Shown here: in pieces, positions 25,601 to 38,901 of the stretch | Position numbering within the stretch: the first letter of the stretch is position 1 | Layout of the letters: each line of letters starts with the position of its first letter | Assembly (NCBI GenBank): GCA_030248215.1 | Contig: JASANG010004046.1 | Span: 372,001 to 436,000, forward strand | Reading direction: 5' to 3' | DNA length: 64,000 nucleotides | Origin: Enoplolaimus lenunculus | Taxonomy: Eukaryota | The notes under the pieces: generated by a model | Seen by the model: only the letters and a program-made list of their open reading frames with translations | Databases searched by the model: none | Told to the model about the DNA's origin: nothing | Position numbers and translations under genes: made by a program

Positions 25601-28600
25601 TTTATAATGAAATCTAAAAATTCATACCAAAATATGTTAAAGACCATGCTTGTGTCTAGATTAGAACTGTTCGAGTGATCGACTCCACCCAAAATCAACT
25701 AGTTTAAAATGTTTCAATTCTAATTTTTGTATCACGACACGATTTAATAGAAACTTTGTTATGTATTTGTGATAAATTAGTCGTTGATAAGTTCCGCTTC
25801 AAGGACTTCTGTCTGAGATCCGCTTACACTATTCTTACCACACACGTTCGATTGCCTATAAGCCCAGTCTTGTTTCGCAAGTTTAAACGATCATGCAAAT
25901 CGCTCACTAAAAGCTACTCAAACATCTCATGTAAGTACCTGTTATCCCGGCTTCCAGTTCCACATGCGGTTCATGATTTGGCTGTTCACGAAGAAGACGT
26001 TTTATCGATTTCTCTATTAAAATTTTCTGCAATAATATTGTCCGAGATAGTACAATAAATACTTGACTTGCAAATAAAGCCATATAGAAATCGAGAGCAA
26101 ACAGTGAGCACATCTAGAACCATATGCAATTAAATGTTAATATTTGCGTGATTGTCTCGTCTGAATACAAGAATGGCAAGAAACAGAACACAACATCAAC
26201 CAAAACTAACGAATCATCTTTGTTACAGAAACCTCTGAGAGTTTGCAACGGCTTGGGGGCGGGGGAGCCCACGTGGCGAAAGTCCCCGCAAAACATGATT
26301 TGAATACCGTTTCAATCCCCTTTTCGAGATTTTGTAACAGTTTGAGTCTTCTTAGCCTTCTAAATCTAATCTTTTCTGACGTCAAACAAAATGGGATTTT
26401 CTCTTAAATCCGTAAATTTTTCGGCGAAAATTACCTCTTCTACTAAGTTGGACCCAGCGAAACCTTAGAACCTTACTGCATGTCACCCTACCTTTTTCAG
26501 TAGTGTTCGTTTTGGCTTTAAATCTTTCGCTCGCGTTTTGCCTTTGTGAAGTACAGGAACATTCGAGTCTAGCCTGTTTCCGACCGCACTATATATTCTT
26601 TTTTGCTGAAAAAATGTTCTACAGTTATCAGTGCAAACAAACATTAAAGAAAAATATTTTCGTGACGTGTAAACGAATAACAAAAATACTATAAACAGAC
26701 AGAATTTGGGCAAAACTGTAGTCTACATGCAATTCATGGTATAAGCAGAATTTGATCAAAAACAACGAACTCAAAATTTATGAGTACTTACTACCTTGCT
26801 ACCATGGCATGATACGCGCGAATTAGAAAACAGACACTCAAGAAACTATATTGACATAATAACAACACCATTTTTATTTCGATGAATTATCGAAGTTTAT
26901 GTGCCATCTACGTAATAATGCGTGCACCAATGTAAAAAATTGTCCTAGTCTGAAGAGGGAACTACATTGCTCGAACAGACTACATATATAGAATGTCATA
27001 AATAGGACAGTGCCTCAAAAGGGCCTTATGACAAACTATACTGCCTTCTTGCAGCATATTATTGCCGCAATAGCCTGCGCACACTAGTAATTTGTCCAGA
27101 CACTGTAGGAAGGGACTATATACGCGCATGAAATATTTACCGCTAACTTTGTACATATTACGCGTATGCTATTGCAAGGGCGCTGTTTTTTCAACTCGTT
27201 ATACAGTGTGCGTAGCGTTGTCCAGACATCCATCCGACAGTGTCTGGAAAACATATATTGCCTCAGAACACCCGTGCAATGTCCACGCACCCCAACAGCA
27301 GTTCTGTTTTCCACATAGCTCCTAACCGGGTTACTGGACAATTCTTTACACTAGCGCACGCACTGTAATGTGGATGAGCCATTACCTTCAACGGTTTGAT
27401 CTTTTTCAACTTTCTTGGCTTTAAACTGGACGTTTCACAGACAGATTCCATTATTGGAAGCACAGTTTCTCCCTAAAGTAACTTGTTTCCCTAAGTAAAC
27501 TTCATAAAGTGCATCAAAGAAATCGCTCAATGATTCTAAAAACATATACCACTGCCAACATAATACAATGTAAAGTATGATCTAATAGTGGTGAACAAAA
27601 CGATTTTTGAAGCACTCAAAAATCTGATTCGTTCAGGCAAGAGCTGCTGGTATTACATAAATTCACTTGTTGAATCGTTGCTGTTAATGATTATTCACAC
27701 ATGTTAGGCAAGTTCTTTACTGACACACATATATATTCTCAGGGTACTATCAGACACCAGATTTTACTGAACCAGAAATACAAATTGCTCATTTTAGACA
27801 CATGTCCCAAGTGTTATAATTTTTCAAGGCACACGTACATATTTATGAAACTGTTGGTGAGGGGGATTTGTCAAAAACTTAACGGATCAATTAAATTTCC
27901 AGGTTTTCCATGTCGACAGTGTGAAATTCCGAAATTCGTCCAGCAATGGATAAAAGCCAATTTAGAAAACAGATCGTGCCCTGTATGGAAAGAAACAGAT
28001 CAGCTTCGCAAACAATTCTGGTTGAAGGGATTTCTGAAAAGGCCCGGACTTTCCCTCAAAAAGCCAGCAGCTATCGAACTGGCGCGGTTTTGCTCAACTT
28101 CAAATCCTTTTCTTGTATACGATTTTCATGATACCTTGGAGGTATACACCATTTGAATAATCGTTAGTCATGTGTTTTAATATATTCCCCGAAGCGAAAC
28201 TTTTCAACAATGTTAAGCGTTCATTTGCTAAGTTTTTTAATGAACATATAGAAATTAGTTTGAATGGGGCCTTCGAACACACAAATATGAATATATATGC
28301 TGGCCTTTCCATTCAGAAAAACTTTACCCGGGGGCATTTGCTGGGGGCCCCGGTTGGGACCTGGGGGCACTTTCGCTGGGGGGTTTGGAGATCCCAGTAT
28401 ATATAAAGTATTTATTCACTTCCTAAAATTTATAGAGTATCCTCAATCAGCTGGGGATCAAGGACAAGCGGGAGCGCATTTTCAACACTGACGAGACGGC
28501 GTTTAATCATGATCCCAGAAAATCTATACCTTGCGAGTGCCCCCGGGCAGCGGAAAAACCAACACAACCGTGATGGCCACCGTTTGTGCGGACGGCAGCT

Positions 28601-31600
28601 CGTTATTTCCATTGGTGATTCATCGTGGTACAAAAATGTACCAAGGTTGGCGGGGATCAACCGAAGACCCGGTAAATATCACATATGCCGTCTCCGAGCG
28701 CGGTTGGATAACAATGGACATATTTTGCGATTATTTTGAAGATGTTATTTTGCCTTGGATGATGTCAAAAGGCGACTATCCTGCGCTGCTTACTTTTGAC
28801 GGGTACAGCTCTCACGTTTCAGTGAGGCTAATTGAGTCCGCCAGAGCAAACAATATAGCGCTGCTTCGATTGCCTCCACATACTACAGATACGTTACAGC
28901 CTCTGGACGTTGGTGTTTTTAGGCCGGTGAAAAACCGATGGGATAAAAAAATGCAGGAAATCACGACTTATTCGCACGACGCAATAACTGTTAACAAGTC
29001 TGCCTTCGCCGACGAGTTGCCAGCAATATGGCCGTTAGATGTCATCGATACCAACATTAAACGAAGCTTTAGCGAAGTTGGCATATGTCCATTCGATAAA
29101 AGCAAATATGACGAGAGCCGATTCAACAATGATCTGCTCCTTCAGTACAATGCCTGGGTTGAGGCTGGGAAGCCTTTTGATTCAAACGGAACCCCGTTGG
29201 TCTATTGCTATGAAGTCCTACAAAATGACGACGATGCAAATGCTCAACTTAACGTAGAACAACAGCAACACGATCGAAATCCATTGGAGCCTCAATCGCA
29301 TCAGCATCAACAACAAGAACAACAACAACAACGAGAACGACAGCAGGAACAGCATCTACTGGTTCAAGAAATTGATCATCCCCAGCCTTCTACCTCAGGC
29401 ACTTGTGCGAGAACGCCTACAAGCCGTTTCTCTCAGGTACGGTGTCAGTAACTCCGAGAGTTTCGCACACTATTCCCCCGTTACCGTCGCATTCAATTCC
29501 ACCTGGTTGTTGGCTGGAACTACGTTGGGAATTAGTGGCACAAGGGACTCCTTCATTTTTCTGATATAATCTCGCCAGTGTCGCCAGCGGCTACACCAGG
29601 TTCCGCCAAACGTGCAGTGCCTGGGGCTAGGAAGCCAATATCTGGACGCGGATCGAAAGCTACGATATTTACAAGCAACGAGTTTCTTGAAGCCCAACGT
29701 CAAAAAGAAGCGCTGAAAAGTAAAAAAAAACCAGCTCCAGCTAGCAAAAAACTGTCAAACCAGCTTCTGTTCCAAAACGCAGTGGGCGAAAACGCAAACC
29801 CTCCAAATCGTCGTCTTCCGATAAAGCTGCCAGTTTTGTTTCGGACAAATCCGATGCCTCCGAATTGGACCAGCAAAGCTCAACGGAAGATGAGGACGAA
29901 CCAGCTCAATTCCCACCGCCCACCGTCAAGTCGGCTATGGCATATCTCAAAAATATCTGGTCGTGGCTCATGCCTGAAGCGTCAGATCTGGCCGCTATCA
30001 AAGAACAGTGGTCTGCTGCGGTCTATTAGGATGATCGCCGTAAGAAACCAGTGGCGTATATCGGCAAACTCCTCGATCGAAACTGCAATGAACAATCCAA
30101 AGTCACAAGTGTTACCTTAGGATGCTTGTATCCAACAATTTATCCAGACAACATCCTCAAGGAGCCAGAACAGGGCCTTGACGCCGATAATTTTATTTTA
30201 TGGGACATATTTGCCGGCCCTTTGGATGTCCGCTTTATCAACAACAAGAAGTTTCAAGTACTGGATCTGGTCAATATTCGGAAGAAGACATGCACCGCAA
30301 CTGAAAATATTGACCGAAAAAACTGGCAATCGAAAATGACTATGTAAACGACACGGACTGACTATATGAACAGGTGGGCATGATTGTTTTCTTTTAAAAC
30401 GACTGTTTTCGCAAAATTTGGTAAAAAACAATCATGTATTTTTTGTCGCATATGTCTTTTTTGTCAAACATTAGACAAAAAATGAGGGTTTCTTTACATT
30501 TTCTAATAGGTGGCCGCTGAAAATAGCAAAACTAATAGATTTTTAGGAACGTTAAGGGTCTTACAACATACGGTCAAAATAGCTAATCTCCGAACCTAGC
30601 CAATCGATCACAGGATCGCAAGGGTTAAAAACGTATTTTTGTCAACACCACCATATAGCTTTACCTTTGCATTCTCTCCTGCACCACTGTCCTTTGTTTC
30701 ATCCGGACTCATCCGTTTCTTCGGCATGTAATCCGCCAATTGCAATTGCACTTTTGATCGCTTTGTTTTTGCCGGGTCCTGTATTGTTCCTTTAGCTTCT
30801 ATTTGACTTGTTCCTGCGCCAATCGTCTTTGACTTTACAATTTTTTCTGCTTCTGATATTCGTGTTGTGATTATTTTTGCTGCGGTCATCGTTGTAGAAG
30901 AAACTCCCACCGTTGTAATATAAGAACCCGGTCTCATTCCTGATGTCGCAGTTAACACAACCCGTGATTTCATAGCTCGCCTGTCAGCATTAGCAACAGC
31001 AGCTGAATAACTTAAGCTGCTAGAAGCCACCATAGTCATTGAGTCGACACCCTCGGTATTCTGTCCAACAGAATCATCATCCACCTTCAAATTTAATATC
31101 CCGTCCTCTAATGTTGTTTTCTTCTCTAACATTACCGAGTCGTTTGGCCTATCATTCTGCGCAGAATGTCGGGGCTCAAAACCGGTATACCGTGCTGAAT
31201 TCGATTCTCCAGGTGTCGGAAACGAATCATGGTTCACAGATAATGCTTGACAAGATAATCGGGTCCATTTGCGGCGATTTTGCTGTTTCTCACCGTTTCG
31301 ACTTGTTGACGGCGTCATAGATTCAACTGTTTGATTTACACCTAAAACGTTTTCATAAAAACACAATAAATCGCAAATTTATTAAAATATATACTTGTCA
31401 TGTTGTTTAACAAACAGTGGTCTCGAAAAGACAAATATTAGCATCAATTTCTTTTTGCTTATAACCAGAAGAATATGTGAAATTCAGCTGAAGCGATAAC
31501 CAATCTACGTATTGCTAGCACTGCAGCGTTACTGCTAATACAGAAATGAAAAACATGGTCATCCTTGTTCGCCTATTTTACAAGCAAGATTGGATCAACT

Positions 31601-34042
31601 TTATTTAAGTCTGAATATAAAAACTGTTCCTTACAGTCAATTTCACATTATCATTAAACAAAAAACAATATTACGGGGGCAAGTCAGCTTATTGCGTATT
31701 GTCAAACCAGATCAAATTTCACAAAACAATACAAACCTGTTGCATAGTGATCCACAATTGGTGGCGGCACAATAGGCGCTGGAGGCGGCTTGACAATCTA
31801 AGCAAACGTTAAATTAATAATGTTAAAGTTCAAAACAAATCACATCTAAATTAAAACAATATAACTTAGCTATGTCGACTCAATCTTGATCTCTGTTTTC
31901 AACGATCTGGTCTAAAATTGACGTTTACTTAATTCATAAGGCTATCGTTTATTTACAGAACTATTACTTTTAAAACAATCCTTTAAATCTACTAGAATTT
32001 AAAACCATTTTCATTGATATAAATACCTGCTTCTGTTTGATTGCTTTTCCACGAACAATATCGCTAAACGACGACGGCACAACGTAGCATTTATTGAACA
32101 CAATACGTGCAATACGAGCTTTTTGAGTGTCTCGAATCTTCTCAAAATGTTTAGGATCGGTTCCTTCTTCTGATGCCACTACAACAAAAACACTTTTTAA
32201 TATAACAAACAGGCAGGTTCGTATTTTGCCTATACCACCGTAATGAAACAGAGTGAAAAACAGACTAAAAACAAAGCAGAGTTAATTTGAATTTCAAATT
32301 TTCGTGCTCCCAAACACGCCTGCAAATAACGTTCATCCTCTAGGTTTAAAAATTTTCAAAAATTGTTAGCTTTCACAGCCACCGTACACATTCGTTTGTT
32401 TATGAACAGCAATTAAAACAAAGCTAGAAACAACAAACAAAGAATGACAGGTTTGATCTTAACTAACCTCTGATACCGCGTACACAATTTCCTCTCGAAA
32501 TCAGGTATTTGTTATCTTTACTAGACACAAAACACGGATCCATGACGCTAATTGAATTGAACGCAACTAGTTCGGACAACTCTCCAGCCATCAAAATGTC
32601 ATATTGATCATCTGCAAAAATTGCAAACATACTGAAAAAATTATCAAAACTGTTTCAACCAGGAAAAATGCAGTTCTGTCGACCATAAATAACCTACTCA
32701 GAAGAGTGGTGGGTGATGAGGCTCGCAATTTCCTGATCTTTTACCGATGCTTGGTAGAAAAATTGAAAACTAGAACAAATTACAACATAAATTGCGTTCC
32801 GATTTTAAGTTGACACAAACTGTCGACTTTAAACATGCGTTAGGAAAACTACAAGTTCTTATTAGGCGTTACAGTCATTGCATTTGTATATACGTATACT
32901 TAGCAACCGTGACGCTAGCACATTTTAACTTTAACCACCATACCTGTTTGTACTCCTTTATCAGTAAATAAATGACAACTGTTTTCTGTGTTGCTGGAAT
33001 CAGGTAAATCACATTTAGCAGTTTTAGTAGCCACAGCCGAGTCATTCTCATTACTTGGTCTGTTCTTAGCCGCTTGGTTTTGAAGTAGACAAGGTTCACT
33101 CCCAGAAACACCACAGAATGTTACAGGTACTTGTGCCCAATTATTCCGAATTCCAACACGTGATGTCTCGCAGGAAACAGATGTTTGACGCGGGGTAACC
33201 ACTGTTATATCTGACATTCCGCTACGCCGTAACGCAGCATAAGAAGACGTATTAACCCCTATACCAGGCAATTTTCTCCCTGAACAATTTGCCGTGTCAG
33301 TTATAGGATTTGCGTGCCGACCGTCTACTTGACCAGTCATTACTACATGGCTCTCAATAGATTCACCAGGTACGACAAGTTGAGTTCTAGAACAATGCGA
33401 ATTCTTTTCAATCTTTGACAAGCCGGTTCTTTTTTGTAATGCTTTAGCCTGTGATTTGGTATTATGTAAGTTTAATATTGTATTCATGCCCGGCCCATCT
33501 TTCTGTTGCTGCAACAGCAGCCCTTTAGCTATTTTTTCTTGTATCTCTGCTGCCAAATTTATTCGAATGATACCGTTTGTAGGCGCAGAAGCATTTTCAC
33601 CAGTTCGTAAGTCGGCAGGACTTGCTGTCCTCTGTGCACACTGCCGAATGACCTGGTCACTGACACGGCCTTGCGTGAACGTAGACTGAGCTTCAGGCTC
33701 AAACCTATACAAGTTCAAATGTGCCGCTCTGATTGCATTAAACCGGGATGTCAAGTTCGGTGAAATCGTATTAAGCGATTCCGGTGCATGAGGTACAAAT
33801 ACTCGCGGACTGGATAAAACAGGCAATTGCATATATCTGTTTCCTTTGCCATGTAACTGATTAGTTGAGGGAACATGGCTGTAAGCTGGCAGATTGCACG
33901 GCAGCGCTTGGTCTGCCGCTCCGGTATATGTGACGCTCTGTTGATAACTCAAACTAACGGGAAACGGTCGATCGAATGCTGGATTTTGATAGCCACCGCT
34001 GTCTTCAACGCCACAATAACAAGGAAATTTCGTAGCAATCAT
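22624..34042 (-). CDS. SECISBP2: SECIS-binding protein 2 (SBP2/SECISBP2-like), 13 coding exons, ~1005 aa
   Basis: Phase-consistent GT-AG exons: 34042-32944, 32611-32468, 32178-32027, 31797-31737, 31341-30665, 27472-27386, 26605-26492, 26026-25939, 25342-25267, 24791-24686, 24216-24102, 23538-23384, 22767-22624 (TGA). Motifs: KVQLQLADY; NRLDSNVPVLHKGKTR..KPKRTLLKK|KILIEK (SID/K-rich); LHSRRFRDYCENMI; YQDRVYAKDPAK; L7Ae RMVYGLREVLK..GGLDEVV..VPYVFAL..VSVVGVINYQGAE. The five 5' exons are low-complexity and supported mainly by open frame and phase; the true start is uncertain. Confidence 0.9.
27903..30347 (+). pseudogene. Decayed pogo-superfamily (Fot1-like, DD35D) transposase in an SBP2 intron
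   Basis: CENP-B-type HTH (GFP..WLKGFLKRPGLSLKKPAAIELAR) at 27903-28141; intron 28142-28435; IFNTDET; frameshift near 28530; TTVMATVCADG, LLTFDGYSSH-(35 aa)-LQPLDVGVFRPVK; C-terminal IFTSNE/K-rich region. Further frameshifts at ~29440-29560 and ~29750, and an in-frame TAG near 30027. No matching TIR pair found. Confidence 0.9.
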
Positions 34043-36979
34043 CTGCTCTGTTCTCAACAGAATTGGTCTCAAAAATATAACTACAATGAAGGGGTCTTGC
34101 TAACATTAGAGATATATTTTGGCAGCTTCAGCTTATGTACGTACGTATACACCGGGGTGCAACCGGATAGCTTGCTCCAGTAAAAAATCGATATTTAGTT
34201 TCAGCTCCGGTATTTTAACTTGTGGGATAATGGGAGTGAGATATATTACGTAAGCTTTGACGCGTGACCACTTTGGATACCTTAGACCGCGGAAGGAAAT
34301 AATTAACTACGTTTAGATAACTGAATGCCGTTTATTATTAGATTAAAATTATTTATCCGGCTCCGGCATTTTAAATATTGGAAACTTTGTATTCAAAAAA
34401 TTATTTCGACATGACTTTTTTCCAATTATATACTTCAGTTTTGTTAATAAGCTACACATTATTGTTGTTTTTGCTAAACTTGATGATTATACCAAATTCC
34501 TGATCCTGTTTCGGTAAATATTAGAGATGTCCAGGGCCCAGAATTTTACCCAGGCCGGGGCCGGGGCCAGGGGTGCTGCAGTCGGATTCTAACTAAATTG
34601 TGCACCGGGACATTGTTTTCTGCTACTGCCCACGGCAGGGATGGGCGGTTTCGGTCAAAAAAGCGTGACCGAGCCTGAGACCGAGACCTAACCAAAAACG
34701 ACCGAACTTATGGTCTCTGTCTGTAAATTTTCAAGCTTTACCGAAAATAAAATGATTTTTCTAACAACACATTGAACATTTTTCTGTTCGCTCAGAACTG
34801 CCGTTTAATTCTTACAATTAAACTAATAAATTAATTATTTATCACTTAGGAATGGTGGCACAAACGCAACCATTCAAAACCTTCACAAAACTATCACCAG
34901 CTCAAATTATATCAGACGTTGCACACATATGAATATGAACTTAAGCGGAATATACCCGACAGTTAGCGCCAATGTTAGTGAAAACATTACTTGGTGATAA
35001 ACACTGTAAAAAGCTCATTCACTTTGCTTATGCTGGGTAATTTTACTTACTTGTTTACTACCCCACGTTTATGTCTAAGCTGAAGCGTAAACCTAAGCCT
35101 AAGCCATCCATGTTATAGTCTAATAAAATAATCCCTGGGGGAACTCGAGCCTTCTATTAAAACAGTCGGTGTCGGTAAAGTAAGCAAGTATCCAATGTAG
35201 TCCAAAATACGAGCAAAACATTGCTATGTTCTTTCTTCAACTCAAACTAGCTCAAAGATATATACGTAAAACATACAACAATTACTGTAACTAACCTGTT
35301 AAGAGATACGTCATCAGTTCTGTGCGCACGAGGGATAAATGGCGCAACATTTGGAGACAAAATGCTCTGCTGAAAGTAGAACATTAAAAACAAGAGTTAA
35401 TAGTTAAGCGAAATATTTAACGAATTTATGTATGTCATAAAATATAAGTTGCACTTCACACAGCTATACATTACGTATGAAGGTGCGCAGCGCATCACTG
35501 TTTTAACTTGTACATTTCATATTTGTATTATAGCAAAAGTAATTGAGTTCTATGGCAATTCCAAAATTCCAATGGTTATCCCATAAAGTTCACGAAGTGT
35601 ACAATAGACTTTGAGCAATAAGGCAAGACGTCAGCATTTACCTTAACAGCCGCACTTCTTGAATTATCGGATAACATAGTTTCACACCATGCATCGAAAA
35701 TTAATACAAAAACATGCTTATGACGTCACCTTTTGTTATGTTTAGGTTATCAGCAGAGCTTATGAAAATAAAAACGCATTTATTTATTGGCTAAAACAGT
35801 AATAAATGTCGGGTGGAGCCCCAGTATGCACTCTGTGTCACACGAGTGCTCACTTTGCCCATCCCCTGCCTCCTATCTACGTCGTTTACTTGGCATTTGC
35901 AACTTACGTCCAATTACTTGGTTCTGTTTTGTGATCTACACATATCCGGTGTCATACTATTCTTGTCAATTGCCCTCCTATGTGCCAATATAGTTGTGCT
36001 CTATATTGTTTCCTGCCAAACTCTCTAAAACCTATACTATTTCTGGATAAATTACACTATTTCATTGTTGTGTTTGATCATGTGTGCTTCAATCATTATT
36101 ATCAGGGGTCAAGCCCTAATTTCCTACCAAATTCCATGCGCTCTTCACAATGTCTATTGTCTGCAAATTACACCCTGTTGCCTAAATCGTGCCGAGTTTA
36201 AAATGTCATATTTTCTGCGACCTCATATATCTTTATTTTTATGTTTTCCGAATTCCTATTCTCATTTCCTACCAATTCTCAAGAGCTCATAACCCTAAAC
36301 ATGTCTAATTGTCATATTGTATTTTCTCATATAATTATTCATTGCGGATTGTTCTAGAAGTTGTCTATGAGTTTACGATAGCTTGTCGAATGTATTTTTT
36401 TTGCAAAATACAATCTTCGGCCTTTACGGAGTAAATTTCAAGTGGTGATTCGAAATCGGCACAATTAGAATGGTCAGAATTAATGATGGGCATGGGATAT
36501 TTTTTTCATATCCGGATATCCGGCAATTTTTGCCGTATAGTTTCAAATTGTTTCTCTAACGAAAGTTCGACGACCCACAAGCAGATTGCTATGAGCATAA
36601 AAAATGTAATTATATAAATATACGCATACGCTAAATCGTACAAACAACAGTCCATGTTACTTTTAGGGGCGTCCCGCTTTCCCGCGGGAGAGCATGACAC
36701 AGGAGTGTAATAGACGCAAACTCATATGCTCCTGCCGACAGCATTACGAGCAGCTGGGAACAGGGTGCAACCGGAATTACAATTTACCGGAACCGAAACC
36801 GAATTTGAAAATTTTACCGGAACCGGAACCGGAAAGTGAAAAATGCATTTCACCAAAAATTTCATTTTAATCGTATTTTTTTGCTCTATTATTTGTAAAA
36901 CAACCTTAGTCGAACATAGGTATTTATTTTATTTGATGTATTTTAGATTTTCGTCGTCGCCTGAAGTGAAAAACGGAAC

Positions 36980-37270
36980 ACGTTTGTTTCGGGCGAATAG
37001 GAAAACGGGTCAGCTGCAAATTTTCACTGGGAAAATTGGATAATGGAACAGGCCTCAAATAGGAAAACGGGACAGCTGCAAATTTTCGCTGAAAAGACGA
37101 GACAATGGGACAGACAATTTTTCGCTAGGAAAACGAGAAACTGGGAATGGCAAAACGGCACGGCTGCCAATTTTCGATTGGAAAACGAGACTAGGGGACA
37201 AGCGTGTTTCTGGCAAATGGAAAAGGGGACAGTTGCAACTTTTCGGTGGGAAAACAGGACAATCGGACAC
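36980..37270. repeat. Degenerate ~40-bp tandem repeat (GGAAAACGGGACAG..CAAATTTTC)
   Basis: Recurring GGAAAACGRGAC units. Confidence 0.6.
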
Positions 37271-37801
37271 AAATCAAATTAGTTTCAGATTGTACAAAAT
37301 TTGTTGGATCGGGGGAGGGGATCGAAGATTTTCGTAGTTGGGGTTGCGCCACCTGTCACTCTCCTGTGTACACCTGCGGCCTTTACAGCCGCAACTGACT
37401 TACATATCACTGTATTTTAAAACCTTTTATCAAACTGTCCTAATTTTTTCGTGCAAAACACGGGTAAAGTTCAAAAATCAATTTTAGTTACAATGTCTGG
37501 CCCGATTGAATTTGGGAGTGCGGAACACGCCAACTTTGGAGAAACGACCACCCAATTCCTCCCGTGTGGACGCTGTTGCAATAATATGCTTTCTTTGGGA
37601 AACGGAAAAATGGGGGAGCTATATTTCCGCAGGAAAAACGGCCCAGTCCCGACCTCACACTAAATCTTGTAACACATGTGTTTAATGGGTATATGCGCAA
37701 GCTAACCGTATCTAAAGCAAAGCATTCCAAGTAAAGCGATATGTCGACTTTCAAAATTAACAAAGTTAAGTTATGACTTTGACTTGTGAATAGACGGCGA
37801 C

Positions 37802-38063
37802 CAGGGTGCAACCGGAATTCCGGTTCCGGTGGGAAATCCGGTATAAATTCGCATATTACTCTAACTTATTATCTAAAATTGTTCGAGCGTGTATTGCCAA
37901 AATTTTCAATTTGTGCCATACTCCATAATTTATTACGTTTCTGCCTAATGCATTTGTTTCAGACAGCATTAAAAGCGATAAAATAGCGCTTAAATTGAAA
38001 TCTTCGGCAACAAATATTCTTTATTTTCCGGTTCCGGTATTTTATAATTCCGGTTGCACCCTG
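37802..38063. mobile_element. hAT-type MITE
   Basis: TIR CAGGGTGCAACCGGAATT; perfect TSD ACGGCGAC. Confidence 0.92.
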
Positions 38064-38516
38064 ACGGCGACAATATCTACATTTTTTGTACTCAGACGGA
38101 GTCCTAATATATTTCGATAAAAAGATATTAGCTAAGTAATAAAAGAAAAGTTTTATGCAGGCTTAAGTTTATGTTTTTAATCTTACCTTAAGAAAGTAAT
38201 AGGCTTAGGTAACCGTTTGGGTTGTAAGCTCAACCTTGGCTTATTGGGCAGCCCTTATGGTTAACATAGGATAATAATATTTCTAAGTTCAAGCTGCACA
38301 CCCGACAAACGTTAGAACGGAGAAACTGGCTGAAACAAAAACTGCCGAAGTTTGGGAACGCGTCTGGCTTCTTGCTTGGTTCGCTCGTGAATTTTTGATA
38401 CTATGAATCTGTTAATGGCTTCGCACAATGGGCCACACAATGTGCACATCTTAAAATCACCGACAGGTAGCTAAACGTTTAACAAAATTTCTCACATTTT
38501 AAAATTGGTTTCTAGA

Positions 38517-38659
38517 CAGGCCCGTAGCAGCTGTGACCTGGCTAGGGGCGGGGCTGAAAAATTTTCAGGAGGGGCATTCAAGGGTTTTCAATGAGTTACA
38601 AGCAAGGTTGAAAATTTTCTAGGGGGCCTCCCCCCCTGCCCCCCTTTGCTACGGAACCT
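38517..38659. mobile_element. Short hAT-type MITE
   Basis: Ends CAGGCCCGTAGC / GCTACGGAACCT, flanked by TTTCTAGA on both sides. Confidence 0.75.
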
Positions 38660-38901
38660 TTTCTAGATCCATCATTTTGAAACTATTGCGTGAAATTGTT
38701 TTTGAAGGGTCGCTTCAAAGCTAGAAAACACGACCGTGAGCACGGACAACCTCACATTATAAGCACCGAAAAATTCTGGATCCAACTGTACAGCCCCAAC
38801 CTTGGAGTTTAGTGGAAACCCCTACCCCTATCTGCTCAGGCTAGCAGTAACTCAACCCGCAAAGTAAAACTAACGAAGAAAAAATTCCTTTTACAACGTT
38901 A

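Noticed and set aside
29437..29578. Second intron in the pogo transposase
   Set aside because: The GT..AG join is out of frame; the segment reads as coding sequence with compensating frameshifts.
30610..30629. piggyBac-like end (GCAAGGG-TTAA) as the transposon boundary
   Set aside because: No matching left end found, and the transposase is pogo-type, which uses TA targets.
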